This document shows, piece by piece, positions 13,362 through 27,086 of a stretch of 64,000 nucleotides of DNA. The notes below the pieces were generated by a model, which worked only from the letters and a program-made list of their open reading frames with translations, ran no database searches and was not told the DNA's origin. The DNA comes from Octopus bimaculoides (lineage: Eukaryota). Numbering within the stretch: the first letter of the stretch is position 1; each line of letters starts with the position of its first letter. Made by a program: the position numbers and the translations under genes. The stretch lies in contig NC_068981.1 in assembly GCF_001194135.2 (NCBI RefSeq), positions 98,000,931-98,064,930 on the forward strand, in the 5' to 3' direction.

Positions 13362-15419
13362 TATATATGTATGTGTATGTGTATATGTATATATATGTGT
13401 GTATATATATGTATATATATATATANNNNNNNNNNNNNNNNNNNNNNNNNNNNNNNNNNNNNNNNNNNNNNNNNNNNNNNNNNNNNNNNNNNNNNNNNNN
13501 NNNNNNNNNNNNNNNNNNNNNNNNNATATATATTATATAAAGATTTCATTTAAGCATAGTGACACTAATAAACTGGTGCTAGAACTCACTATAGATATGT
13601 TTCAGAATAAAGAGTTAAGGAAGTACAAAGTATAATATGAAATTAAATAAATGACAAGGAAACAAAGGGAACAGGAATTACATAATCCACTTCATTAGCT
13701 TACAGATGTTTCTGCTATAAGATGCAGTTTACTAAGAGCTGAGTGCTTGTACATCACCTTATAACTTCCTCACGTGCGCACGTGTGTGAAGCCATGCAGA
13801 CAAATACAGAAATTCACATTTATTAATTTAAATTCAGATCACCTATAACACATCTAGTTCTTACAAGTAGCAAAATTCAAGCTATGAAGTCTAACAATGG
13901 TAGTAGAATTATAGAAAGCAAACAAACTGGATTCTGGTTAGGAAATTATATTTGACCTACTCAGAAACAGGATGATACGCAGTGAGTATAATTAACATTT
14001 TTGGAACTGCATTGACTTTTACATATGCAACAGTAGTAAAGCACTCTTGACAAGATGCTTTTATTATTGATCAAATTGTTTCCCTCCAGATGAAATCTAT
14101 AGAACATGAATAGTCAGTTTCCTCATAATGAGTTCGTTCTCCAAGAAGAAAAAGTTCTTTATGTCAAATGGTTTTTTAAAAGTCAAACTATAATTTGCAA
14201 ATGGCAAAAATATTTATTTTCATTGAAATAATGCAGCACATATTGATATCAAGATAGAACGGTGACAAAACAAGATTAAAAGTGAGCAGCAATCATATAT
14301 TGAAAAATATATCAAAAACCTGCTAATCCAGCAAGAAGATCCACTTTTGATTCAATATAATCAGAAGTTTTAGAATAAACAAATCACTAAAAATTAGCTG
14401 TAGTAAGACTCCAGAAGATTGGGTGAATTTCTGACTCAACAAACTTTCACATGATAAATATCATTTATGTACATAAAGAATTATTAATGCTATTTCATAT
14501 TTCCTTTTTATAGGTTTTTCAATTTTACAGCTTTACTTTTGGCTGAAGGTCCAACAGCCCTCTGCAGAGAGCTAGACAAAAGCTCATCCAGAAGGCAACA
14601 TTTTGGCTAGTATGGAAAAATCCATAAACATTTTAAAATAGTAAAATAAATGTTCATAATAATAGTTAGATATGAATTTACAGCTTTTTACTGTAATTCA
14701 TCCAGATATATTCTATATTGTTTGAATCAGTAAGAAGACTGGCTTCTGTGCCTCCATGACATTGAAGACTATATCAATAACAGTCAGACACCCAACAGGT
14801 CCAGTCAAGCAGGGCAGGTTTCAGGGCAGAAGCCAGACAAAAGCAGTACCTGGTGTAACAAAGTGAGAGCTGGGAACGAGGCCCCACTCTGTCAAATATT
14901 ACCTTTTCACAAAAACTGCAACAAATGCAAATGGAATGGAAATAGATAGTTATAATTTTATGTTACACAGTGTGCAAAATGGATACAGTAAATATAATGC
15001 AGCTAATGTTAGTTTATCTATATATGTAACTGAAACTTAGCACCACCTATCACTGTCTTCCAATATAATTCATACTTCCTCTTATGCAAACTCATAACTC
15101 ACCATATAAACAGCAGCCAAATTTCCCTCAAATTACACCTTAAAGTAGGGAAAGACACATTAGACAACGTAATTCTCTCTATATATATATTAATATATTA
15201 CATAAACTACCAGAAAACTATACAGAGGATGATGTTACTGCAAGTATTAGGGTTCTTTTATTGTTTTACCAGCTCTTGTCATTGATTGTGGCCATTCTGG
15301 GGTGTCAGATTCAAGAGGTTTTACTTCATCTTATTGGTTATATCAACCCCAGTGCTTTATCTGGTATCTACTGTATTAACTGTAATACAATTAAATAAGT
15401 TCCCTCATTACTATCTCAC

Positions 15420-15700
15420 AATACAGTCAAACTGTCTTTCTTCACCATATGAAGTATCAGCCATAATACAGCCAGCACACATTCTCTTTCACAATATTGT
15501 GTAGTATCAGCAGGAATACAGCCAACACTTCCCCTCATCACCACCTGTAAGTATAACAGTCGGCAGTCTCTGACATCATCACCATCAGTTGTATCAGCCA
15601 TAATACAGTCAGTGCTCTCTCTCTCTCAACATCATGTGTAGTATCAACCTCTTGTAATACAACTATCATTCTCTCTCATCACCACCCGTAGTAAAAGCTA
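15420..15700. repeat. Degenerate minisatellite, about 45-50 bp period
   Basis: Recurrent gtagtatcagccataatacag...ctctctcatcaccac units. Confidence 0.6.
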
Positions 15701-18689
15701 TACTACAAACTAATACTTTACAAACTAGCACCTCCATTATCCCTAATTAAAAATCTACTGCAGTGTGAAGTAGAAGAAACCTTGCAGCCAAGAAGCACAG
15801 CTGTGTTCACATCCCATCGTCAGTTTCCCCACTTGAATCAATTTTTCTTGTTTCCACTTCATTTGCATTGTTAATGTTTTAGAAAAAGACAGGAACATAA
15901 AGCAATGTCACCCCCACCGACTCTATAAATCCAAAATGAGATGGTGATTAGTGTGACAATATAATAGAAGTTAATGTACAGTATGAATTGTAACACAACA
16001 CAGTTGTCAGTCTGGTGTTTGTAGATAAAGGATAAAAACTACATTCTTTCAGACAATAGCAGCAATAGTTTTGTGGTTTTTGTTGCTTATCACTTGTAAT
16101 ACAGATCTGATCAAATCTACTTCTGAGAGCAAATGTTCTAACCATGACCATTCCATCATTTTATATTTTTAGGACCATATTGTCAGATGGTTCTTTTCTT
16201 TTATTTAAGAAAGTGAGGGTTTGACTTTCAGGGAAATTTGGTTGCTATTTTAAGTAGATCGACTGACCACATAGAGCAGGCATGAGTAACCTTTCACAAG
16301 AAGTGGATTGCACAAGACATGTCTCATCATCAGGCAGGCTACACTCCTAAAAGAAAATTCAAGATAACTTTTCATTGGCATGCCATTCAGAAAGACAGAG
16401 CCTTCCTTATTGGCTCAAAAATTCTAGTCGCATACGTGTGCATGCATATATGTGTAAGCTCTGTATAAGTGCTGTATCACAGTTTACAGCTTTTATCCTC
16501 CACCAATATGTTAATATCATCAATTAATTAGCAACTGGATTAGTTAGCAAGTGAGGCAGATAACCAACCAATTAACCAGTTCAATGAAAGACTGTTAATT
16601 CACATCTAGTCAGTGTCATTTGCCTGTATTTGTTTTCAAGACACTTAACCCTCGTCAGCTTATTGTATTTGTGGAGGTACAGCCACAAATGCATACAATG
16701 AGGGTAATTTATTACATTAGTTTATATGCTAAGTTCATATTCGCAGTTCAGATTCAGATAAGCATTCTCCTTTGAACAGTCTGCAAGCCTTCTATTGCTC
16801 ATAAAACAAATCCCTCATAACATATCAATGAAAAAAAAATTATTAGGAGACTACTGAAGTGAATGTAATGTAAATGATTTCTAAATCAATATCCTACCCT
16901 ACCCTACTCTTACTTTTTTTTTTTTATCTCTGTACTTAGCAACATTTTATTCATGTGAGGTAGATGGCAGATAAAAAAATCTCCCCTTATAAGAATATTA
17001 GTCCATTTCAAAAGACCTGGTACCTATTCATAACAAATTAGGTGAAACTGAAGTACAATAGCAGTAAACTGAATTTGAACTCAACGCATATCAAAAAGTT
17101 GTCCAATAACTTCTTCACACAACCAAAAGAAAAACCTTTTGGCTCAACATGGCAAAGAGAAACCTTCATTCCTTTATAAGAGTTCAATATTCTTCGAAAA
17201 TTATATGAGAGTTTGAAGATGGCAGAGAACCAAATTTTCCAGAAAAAAAGAATCAGGCTACATATACATAATGTATGTCAGCATGCATTACAGTTTTTGC
17301 AGTGTTATTTATGGCATCAAGTCTCATCAAACATGCACTTGCAGTTTCTTGCTTTTGGCTTTAAATGAAATGCAAATTTTAAAATCACTCTCATACAGAG
17401 TTTAAAATCAAGAAAAAGTAAAACATCAGAGCTATTATTGCTTTAGATATACAACAATAAACAAAAACTAAAATAAATGATAGAAAAAGTATTATTAAAA
17501 ACTTGGGGAAATTCAATATATTTCATTGAAACAGTGGAAGCTGACAGTGTAAGAAATAAGTTAGGAGAGGTGGAGGTATATTGGAAAGAGGGGAGAAAGT
17601 GTAGAGGCATGGGGGAATAAATGTGGGAGAATGCAAAGAAGAAAAATATTAAATTAAAAAAAAGGAATATGTACCATTTTAACTGTTGTATAATAGCAAT
17701 AGCACAATAGCAAAGACAGACTGGGAGTGGGGGAGAGAGACTGCATGGAAAATGGAAAATAAGAGATAAAAGTTGAAGAAAAAGCAAAGTAAGAGATAAA
17801 GTTAAAGAAAAAGGGAAAAAAAAAGCTGTCCACCTGCTTTGATTTTTAAGAATCAAGTAATCTTTAAAACAGATTTAACTACTTACTGTTTCACACTCAC
17901 TCCAATAAACTACTACTGCTATTACTACCACCACCATTACCAATACTACAATTACCACACTGACACTACAATACTATCTACAACAACAACAACAACTACT
18001 ACTATTTCTACAACCATCATCACCACCAGTACTACTACTGCTACCTACACCATAATAAGAATGAAATAAAATGGGGTTTTTGGTTGTTGTTTTTTTTTTG
18101 GGGGGGGGGTGGAGTAGGGTTAATTGTTCTTTGTCAAAAGGATATTTTGAGTTTCCTACAGCAGAAAATAACACCACCAGCAAAGAACCCTCCACAAAAG
18201 TCATTTTGAGCTAGAAACAGAACCAAAATCTCTCTTGAACACATTCCACCGATTGAGAAAGAGGAAGAGCATAGTTGCTGAAAGTAGTCATAGATATATA
18301 AACAATGACAGTCATGGCTAGAATTCCATTGATCATAGTATTTGCTTGACCAGGAATAAGCTTTGAGTTGAGCTACAACGCCCTAGATATCAGTGGTGTA
18401 GAGGGGAGGAAAGGCTAGCTGAGAAAGAATGGTGACAAATAGGTGTGTGTGGTGGTGGGGAATGGAAGGAAATAAAAGAATTTGAGGAAATTTCATGAGC
18501 AAAACCCAATTATTAAAGGGACTAACAAAGGTTTGACACAAAAAGCAGTTGATAAAATTTGTAAGAACAGGTTTATCCTAAAGTTTAACATTCACATCAT
18601 TCAAGATGTAACTTAAGAAATGGGATGAAGAGAGACGGGGGGNNNNNNNNNNGGGGGGGGGTATGGTAAACATAAATGTTAAAGGATAG

Positions 18690-19995
18690 TGACAGAGCAA
18701 ATATAAGCAGTAGAAATGGGGTTCTACCAAAGAATCTCTAGAGTAACATTACTTGACAGATTGTAACTAACTCAGAAACCAAGAAGTCTCTCCTGGTCAA
18801 GCTGCTTCAAGGCAGTATTAAAAAGTTCCCAGACTAGTTCTGTACCACGCCAACACATGGCAGTACACAGTTGTGTGCACGGTGAGAGCTAGCAGTAACC
18901 TTCATGACAGCAGTGTGCTGAGTGACACTGCTGTGTTTACTTTGCAAGTTGTGAAATTTGTGTTTTTATCATTATGAGCATGCTGTAGTCTGTGATTTTG
19001 ACATGGACAGGAAAGAGCCAACATGAAATTTTGCATTAAACTTGGGAAGTCTGCTACAGAGATGTTGAGCGTGCTCTGGCAAACTTAGGATGACGAGACA
19101 ATGGGTCATACACAGTTTTGAATGGCATGGGTGCTTCAAAATTGCAAGAACCTCCCTGGAAGATGATGAGTGATCTGGAAGACCTGCCATGAGCATCACT
19201 CTCGGAAATGTATTGTACATCGAGAATTCATCCCCCAAGGTCAGACATTAATCAAGAGTTCTACTGCGACATTTTGAAGCATATGAGGGAGGATATCTGG
19301 TGAAAGTGACCAGATCTGTGGAGCATGAAGAATTGGATTATTCCTGATGACAATGCATCATCACCAAGCTCTCCTCACTCCTGAGTTTCTCACCAAAAAC
19401 AGCATGGTATCACTTTTTCACCTGCCCTATTCATCAGATTTAGCACCTGTGGACTTCCATCTTTTCCCCAAGATGAAAATGCAGCTCAAAAGTCACTGTT
19501 TTAACACTGTTGTCTAGATCCAGAGTGAATTGCAGAAAGCCCTCGACTTGCTTATGGAAAATGACTTCCAGGCCCAATTCCAAAAGTGGCAGGAATGCTG
19601 GTACCAGTGTATTGCTGCACAAGGGGACTATTTCAAAAGAGATGATGTCAAAACTTAGATAAATAAATAATTTTTTATTAAACATAACTAGTCCAGGAAC
19701 TTTTTGATATCCCTCATACATCTCCGCATTAAGAAGTCACAGCTCTGGTATTATGAACATGTTATTAGAATGTCACAGGAAAGACTTGCAAGATAGATTC
19801 TTTAAGCCAAGCTAATCAGCAGGAGACCTTGGGAAACCAAAAAACAAAATGGTTGGATAATATCCATAGTCTTGGCTGGTCATGCTTCGTAATCCAGTCA
19901 GGAAAATCTAATGAGAGTTGCTTCTGATAGACCCCTATGGAGGAGGTGCCTGAGGACTCTAGCTACATGACCCTCCCAGGTGGTGGGTGAAGTTG
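18690..19995 (+). mobile_element. RTE-clade (Rex3/Expander-like) ORF2 C-terminal remnant split by a mariner
   Basis: AVEMGFYQRISRVTLLDR...NSETKKSLLVKLL | HLRIKKSQLWYYEHVIRM...KWLDNI reads continuously across the mariner. Confidence 0.75.
18808..19716 (+). mobile_element. Internally deleted non-autonomous mariner, 909 bp
   Basis: TIRs caaggcagtattaaaaagttcccagactag / ctagtccaggaactttttgatatccctca then TA. Degraded N-terminal KFCIKLGKSATE and C-terminal YSSDLAPVDFHLFPKMK. Confidence 0.92.
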
Positions 19996-20137
19996 GATAA
20001 ATAGAAATTGGAAAATAGAAGGGAAAAAAAGAACAAGCCAACAAAGAATTCCCTATATTCATGCTAAAGCTGCGAAAGATAGCAGTTAAATTTCCCTTAT
20101 ATCACACATTACCTTAGCAACAATGAAAGAAAGAAAT

Positions 20138-20185
20138 AAAGAAGAAGAAGAAGAAGAAGAAGAAGAAGAAGAAGAAGAAGAAGAA

Positions 20186-20260
<75 letters not shown>
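20138..20260. repeat. Compound microsatellite (GAA)n(GAT)n
   Basis: Direct reading. Confidence 0.95.
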
Positions 20261-20650
20261 ACTTAAAACTAGATTAGATAATGTTGTATTAGATACATAA
20301 TACTTGAAATAAAAGATGAGATAGTCATGACTGGAACGTCTTTAAAATCATAAATCTTCTCCACGAGGAATGACCTGGGATTAAGCAACAACAAAAAGAT
20401 AACCTGAAAGAAATGAGTATATAAATAGAGAATAAAGACACCAGATAATGAAGAGTTGCATTTTGTTCAGGCTTTAAAAATTTATGTCCAAAATAATGTA
20501 TAATGTTTGAACTTTGCCTACCATGGCTTACCTAGCAGGATATATAGACACCAGCATGAAGTTGAGAACTATAAATTATAGATTTGCATTCTTTATTTTC
20601 ATCATTATCATTATTCTTATTTTTATTGTTGTTGTTATTATTATTATTAT

Positions 20651-20864
20651 TAAGGCAATGAGCTGGCAGAATCATTACTGTAACAGAAAAAATGCTTTGC
20701 ATCATTTTTCTAGTTTTATAGCCTGAGTTCAAATTCTGCCGAGGTCAACTTTGCCTTTCATCCTATGGGGGTTGATAAATTAAGTACCAGATGAGTACAG
20801 GGGTCAATGTAATCAACCAGTCCCCTCCCTGCAAATTTCAGGCCTTGTGCCTATAGTAAAAAGG

Positions 20865-20899
<35 letters not shown>

Positions 20900-21110
20900 C
20901 ATCATCATCATCTGCTACATCAGACAAAATGCTTAGCAGCATTTCTTCCAGATCTTTACATTTTGAGTTCAAAACCTGCCCAGGTCAACTTTCCCTTTCA
21001 TCTTTTCAGGGTCAATGAAATAAAGTACCACTCATGTACTGGTGTCAATGTAATCAACTATCCTCCTCCCATTAAAAATGCTGGTCTTGTGCCAAAATTT
21101 GAAACAATTA
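20651..21110 (+). mobile_element. Two tandem Deu/Nin-like SINE copies separated by (ATT)n(ATC)n
   Basis: Head aaggcaatgagctggcagaatc; second copy is 5' truncated and starts after the tail. Confidence 0.75.
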
Positions 21111-21534
21111 TTAACATAATTATTGTTATTATTGAACATTACCTAATCAATAATGTCCATAATGATAGTAAACTGTTTTCATTGATCAGTGTTTGTAAAT
21201 GTTTTTTTTTTAAGAGAAAAAAAAAGCAATTATGTTTTTAATTAACTAATTTTTAGTCTATTATTGTTGTTTCCAGTAGCAAATAGTAAAGAATTTTATC
21301 TTTTTTATTTGGGGCCTGATGCACATTTCATACACATACTAAAAAAAAATTTTGGTAAGATCTGTTAAAAGAGTAGAACAATTATGGTTGATGCAATTAA
21401 TGCTGTTTGTTGTACACAGGCTTTATTTTAAATTAGCACTGATGTGCCTTGTTGTACTCAAGAAGACAGATCCACCACAGCAGAATTGTTAATGCTCTCC
21501 TCCCAGTTGAAGGGGCTTTTGCCTTGTAAGAGCC

Positions 21535-21872
21535 CCATACTAGCGCCACATTAAAAATACTCATACTGGTGCCATGTAAAAATTACCTATGTTGGTGCAA
21601 CATAAAAAGCACCCATGCCAGTACTATGTAAAAAGCACTGTGCTGGTGCCACATAAAAAGCACCGATGCCAGACCATGTAAGATGCACTCATGCTAGTGC
21701 CATGTAAAAAGCACCAAGTACACTTTATAAAGTATTTGGTGTTAGGAAGGGCATCCAGCTGTAGAAACCAAGGCAAATCCAACAGGAACCTGGTCTAGGT
21801 CTGTTAACTTGCCAGATCTGGTCAAACTGTCCAACCCATGCTAGTATGGAAATGGGTGCTAAATGATGATGA
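21535..21872 (+). mobile_element. RTE 3' UTR fragment with tandem-repeat block
   Basis: About six gtgccayrtaaaaagcac units, then ggaagggcatccagctgtagaaac...atgatgatg. Confidence 0.75.
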
Positions 21873-22751
21873 GGATTTATAAATAAAACTGTTCAGAAGC
21901 CTGCTAGCTGTATTTGTACCAAGAATTCCAAAGTCCAACTGTGTCACAGTTGATTCTGCCTGAGAATTATATTAAGGGTACAGGAGATTGTGGCATACAC
22001 AGCCACTTATATATTAATGTGAAGAATAGGTAGTTCAGCCAATCTAACAGCTGAATACTAATCATCAAAACCGACAGAGATTCGATTCACTGTTTCTCCA
22101 CTGAATGATATCAAAGTCATAAAAATATCAAATACACATGTGATAAAAGAACATTCTAAACACACACTTAAAAATCAAATGGATTTTAAAACACCTTTAA
22201 AGAGGATACTACGCATGTCTTCCTTGAAATATAATATTTGACTGTCTACATTTACAGCATATGAAATGAAGGAAGAAGCTCTGTACTTTTTTTTTTTTTT
22301 GTGTGTGCTGTATTCCACATAAAATTATTTTTCATCATTGCAGAAAACAGCATACATAAAACAGAGAGCTTAAAACATATTAGAAATTATGAGAAAATAA
22401 TTTTTGTCTAGAAATTTCAGAATCATCAGTTTAGGTTTTATTGATCCTCTTTTATTGATCCTATTCACTGTCAAAGTGAGTGAAATACTATGAGATCCAC
22501 AATAAAATACCTGATGGATATGAAAATAATTTTAATGCATATTTTGTTGCTATCCTCAATTTATTGACAGCCTTAAAAGGTTTCATATGAAAATTCATAA
22601 CAATCCTTCACAATATTTTTTTTTTCTTTATTTAAGTTATATATTCAATAGTGAAGACCCTTTTTAATTTGCTAAACCAGTCAAAATCTGCCATAGCAAC
22701 GAAGCTCAATTATTTATAACCATCATTATATATTTAGGAATCATCTTAAAG

Positions 22752-23006
22752 CAGTAGTTCTCATAAGAGTGTGGTGTGCATGAGAGTGAAAAATGCGAAG
22801 AAGGCAGACAAATTGTCATCTTCAATAAAAATTAAGATGGCTTCCAGCTTCTTAAACATGTCAAAACATTTTGGTGAAGAAAGAAGCATTATATGGATAC
22901 CAAATCTATTTATTGTTGTGTCAGTAATAAAGAGAGAGAGTGGGTGCCAAAAAACGTCACTAATATATTGGGGCAAAACCGGTATTTTTGAGTTTGAGAA
23001 TCACTG
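22752..23006. mobile_element. hAT (Charlie-like) MITE, 255 bp
   Basis: TIRs cagtagttctca / tgagaatcactg. Imperfect ~8-bp TSD (atcttaaa / atcttaat, offset by 1 nt). Confidence 0.7.
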
Positions 23007-23116
23007 ATCTTAATGTAGTAAAGTTGTGACAATAGCAAAGAAGCAGTTGTACTCTACACCATGCCTACAAATGAAAAGCACACAGCTAAAATCTCCAAAG
23101 TCGCTACAAATTTTAA

Positions 23117-23320
23117 CCCTTTAGCATCCAGGTTACTGCCAAATGTAATGTACATTGGTTCGCATTGTTTTGAATTTACCATGCATTACATCAAAGCTTT
23201 GAGATTTCAACGATGTGATTGTCTATTTTTAGAATGACATTGCAGAGCTGGTGTGATAGGCTGGATCTGGCATGTTTGAACATAAAACTGATAGACATCA
23301 CTAGTTTAAATGCTAAAGGG
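23117..23320. mobile_element. ccctttagcat-TIR MITE (TTAA-flanked family). Other copies about 39245-39520, 48085-48545 (split), 54119-54330, 54310-54440
   Basis: ttaa-ccctttagcat...atgctaaaggg. Confidence 0.75.
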
Positions 23321-24784
23321 AGAATGATCGCTTTTTTCCTCAGCTGATTGTTCTTTGTAAAGGGAATCAATCCCAATACTAATGAAAAGATAGAACTAAA
23401 TTTCATTTAGATAGACTTGAGTTATGCTGTTTTTAAAATTCAGACCATGTGAGCAGATGTACAATAGCTTAATTTTCACTATCTACTTTCTTCCTTCAAA
23501 GACTCCCTTACTCATGCCGACATGATATGGCCAGTTTGAACATAAGACTGGAAGAATATTAGAGCTGGATAAGAGAATCTCTGATAATTTCTTTATAGCA
23601 AACTATCTCTCTCTTGTGCACACACGCACACGTATATATATGACACTGGCAAAATTGCATTCCTCTAAGACTAAGCTTTTCCTTCAAGGACAGAAAACAC
23701 TTCAGTAATAATCAGAAAAGGGCTAAAATAACAATAATAATGAAACAATAATGACTAGAGAACTATGACATGTGGTTAATTCAGGTAAGGATATTGAGTC
23801 AATTTGGTGAAACAATGTTGTTGAAAGCAATAGAGACAACTGACAGGAGCATTCAAAGAGAATTAAGGAGAGAAAAAAACAAAAAATGAAAAGTAAAAAA
23901 AAAAAAAATTGAACATAACTATAATCAGGAATTAGGTTATGGATTCATAAAACTAGAATGTAGTTAATTGATAAGGAGTTAACCCCTGAGTGAAACAGCT
24001 AGAAATAAACTCTCAAATCTTTCCAATTTATTCTTTGAAAATTGGATATCACAAAAAAACAAATAAAAAACAAAAATGTTTGAGGGCTACAATAGTAATG
24101 ACGGTGATGGTGACTAACTCCAATATATGCATAATAATCTAGAGGCTACAGGTTTTACAAAACATTTCTTTTTAAATGTCTTCAATTAAAAGATGTTTCC
24201 AAATTAATAAACAAATATAAAACAAAAATAATTCTCATGCTGTTCGTCAATTCATTTGGAATGTATAAATTTAATTCATAGTAAACACTAATTTTTTTTT
24301 ATTTTTTTGGAAGATGCTTGTCTATTGCAATTTTTTGATTTTGTTTTCTTTTATTTATTTATTTATTACTTCTTCTTTTTTTCTTTTTTTACATGTTGTG
24401 ATTTAGTAATTTTCATTTCCTAGATAAGTTTTTAATTGTTAGCAGTTCCACAATAATAGCTCTGACAAGGTAATTGAAAAGGAAGTATTAGCACTGCTAG
24501 ATATATCATAATAATTACAGTTGAAGAGGAGCTTGCAAAGCTGCTCCACTGATACAATGGGAATGGGGTGGTGGGAGGGAGAGAGAGAGAGAGTTAGTTT
24601 GCCTAAATCATTCTCACATCCATCATGTTGATAATTATCACTTCATAATGTTCCACTTGCTTTTGAAACACAAAAGACAAAACCTACTATATGAGTGAAT
24701 CAATGTAATAAGAAAAACAAGTAATAAGAAAAACAACAGAGCAGCTGTTTGCTAGTTAAAAGATGTAAATGCTTAATATATATA

Positions 24785-24822
<38 letters not shown>

Positions 24823-24899
24823 NNNNNNNNNNNNNNNNNNNNNNNNNNNNNNNNNNNNNNNNNNNNNNNNNNNNNNNNNNNNNNNNNNNNNNNNNNNNN

Positions 24900-24936
<37 letters not shown>

Positions 24937-24970
24937 ATGTATTTATGTGTGTGTGTGTGTGTGTGTATAA

Positions 24971-25007
<37 letters not shown>

Positions 25008-25839
25008 TACACACACACATACACACATATATACTCATATATGTATGCTCAATTATAATAAAACAAACATAATATAAAGTCATTCACAAAAACATGTACA
25101 GATCTTTACATGTATCAAGAAATATTTATTTATAAATACTTAAATAATTACACATGTACAAACACACATCCAACAATAACAAGCATTCATAGATATTAAT
25201 GCTGATGATGTTTTGAAAAGATGGAGAGGTGATTAGCAAAAAGATAGACAGACATGGAAAAGGAAGCCAATCTGTGTTTTGGCAAAAGGGATATGGCAGC
25301 AGTAGGTGTTAGTGCTAATTGAGGATTAGGCTGCAGTTAGTAAATGCAAAGGAGTAGGGGTTACTATGAAAACATCAGAAGTTGCTAAAGGAGCACACAT
25401 ACTGTTGAAGAGCCAGAAGTTTAGAGGGGTCACAGAGGAAATGTTTAGTTGTCATAATATGATTTCTGAAGTTAAAATTAGTAGGGAACTGATTAAAGGA
25501 ACTACAAAACACTTGGCATTAGACAATGCTTCATTTCCCAGAATACAGAGGTATTGTATTGAGTTGTTAATTGAGTACGGTACCAAACTGAAGCTAAGAT
25601 ACAACCAGTAGTAATGCTAGAGTAGAGGACTTTGGGCATGTTTGCAAATTAGATCTCCAGCATAGATGAAGAACTAATCTAATCTATGCAACATCTTTTA
25701 TCTTTTACTTGTTTCAGTTACATGGTTCAAGGTTCAGACCCACTATATAGCAACCTTGGACAAGTGTCTTCTGCTATAGCCTCAGGATAGCCAAAGCTTT
25801 GTGAATGGATTTGGTAAACTGAAAGAAGCCTATCATATA

Positions 25840-25887
<48 letters not shown>

Positions 25888-26299
25888 TTTGTGTTTGGAC
25901 CCCACCACTGCTTGACAACTGGTGTTGGTTTGTTTATGTCCCTGTAACAGAGCAGTTTGGTAAAAAAAAAAGACAGACTGAATAAGTACCAAGCTTAAGA
26001 AAAAATAAATACTGGGAGAAATTTGCTCAGCTAAACTCTCTAAGGCAGTGCCCCAGCATGGCCACAGTCCAATGACTGAGGCAAGTAAAAAATAGAAGAC
26101 AAAAATCAACAAGATAAGGTTTGGGACTTTGAGCTTTTATAGTATTGAGTTCAAACCTTGCTATTTTATTGCACAGTGAAAAGCATCTGCCTCACTTTAT
26201 CAAGTTATTGATGACTTTGCTATTTTACAATTAAGAAGTTAGCAGTAGAAAAGGTCATCCAAGTATAAATACAAATGGAATAATAATAAACAAGTGTAA

Positions 26300-26500
26300 G
26301 GCAGCGAGCTGGTGGAATCATTAGCACGCCAGGCAAAATGCTCAGCAGCATTTCATCTGTCTTTACATTATGAGTTAAAATTCCACCAGGGTCAACTTTG
26401 TCTTTCATTCTTTTCAGGGTCGATAAAATGAATACCAGTTGAACACTGGGGTTGATGTAATTGACTTACCCACTCCCCCGAAATTCCTGGCCATGTGTCA
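26300..26500 (+). mobile_element. Deu/Nin-like SINE. Other copies about 33720-33930, 47810-47975, 54690-54820, 55195-55415, 60905-61070, 62040-62255
   Basis: aaggcagcgagctggtggaatcattagcacgccaggc head plus conserved core. Confidence 0.75.
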
Positions 26501-26640
26501 AAATATGGTAGAGTAAAAAAATTAACAAAATCATCCTGACAATGACAAGTCCCTTAACCCCTTAGGGGTTGTTGGGGCACTTCAGCCATGCAGAGTGTCT
26601 AGAATGAGAAAGCCTGGCAGAGCCCATCCCTCTCCAGGTT

Positions 26641-27086
26641 AAACTCATTTCTACAGCTGAGTGGACTGGAGCAACATGAAATGAAGTGCTTTGCTCAAGA
26701 ACACAACAGATCACCCAGTCCAGGGATCGAAATCACAATGGTTGTGAATCCAACACCCTAACCACTAAGTGACATACTTCCAGTAGTGGTACTCCTTTCT
26801 ACAGCCAAGTAAACTGGAGTAACATGAAGTGTTTTGCTGAAGAACACAGTGCATCACCTGGTCTAGGAACTGAAACCACAATCTTACGATTGTGAATCCA
26901 ACACCCTAACCACAAAGCGACGTGCTTCCACTAGTGATACTCATTTATACAGCTGAGTGAACCAGAGCAATGGGAAATGAAGTGTTTTGCTCAAGAACAC
27001 AACAGATCACCTGGTTCAGGGATCAAAACTTCAATCTTACAATCGTGAGTCCAACACCCTAACCACTAAGCCATGTGCATCCACAC
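26641..27086 (-). mobile_element. Tandem trimer of ~148-bp tRNA-derived SINE 5' modules
   Basis: Three consecutive units ctacagctgagtggactggagcaac...caacaccctaaccactaag. Confidence 0.8.

Noticed and set aside
15420-15700. Repeat arrays as possible CRISPR-like loci (also 21535, 52720)
   Set aside because: Units are degenerate and contiguous, without unique spacers, in eukaryotic DNA.
16277-16800. caggcatgagtaacc, a hAT-like left end
   Set aside because: No matching right TIR or TSD found.
22771-23007. 78-aa ORF and a protein-looking alternative frame
   Set aside because: They lie entirely within a hAT-type MITE, and the alternative frame has several stops.
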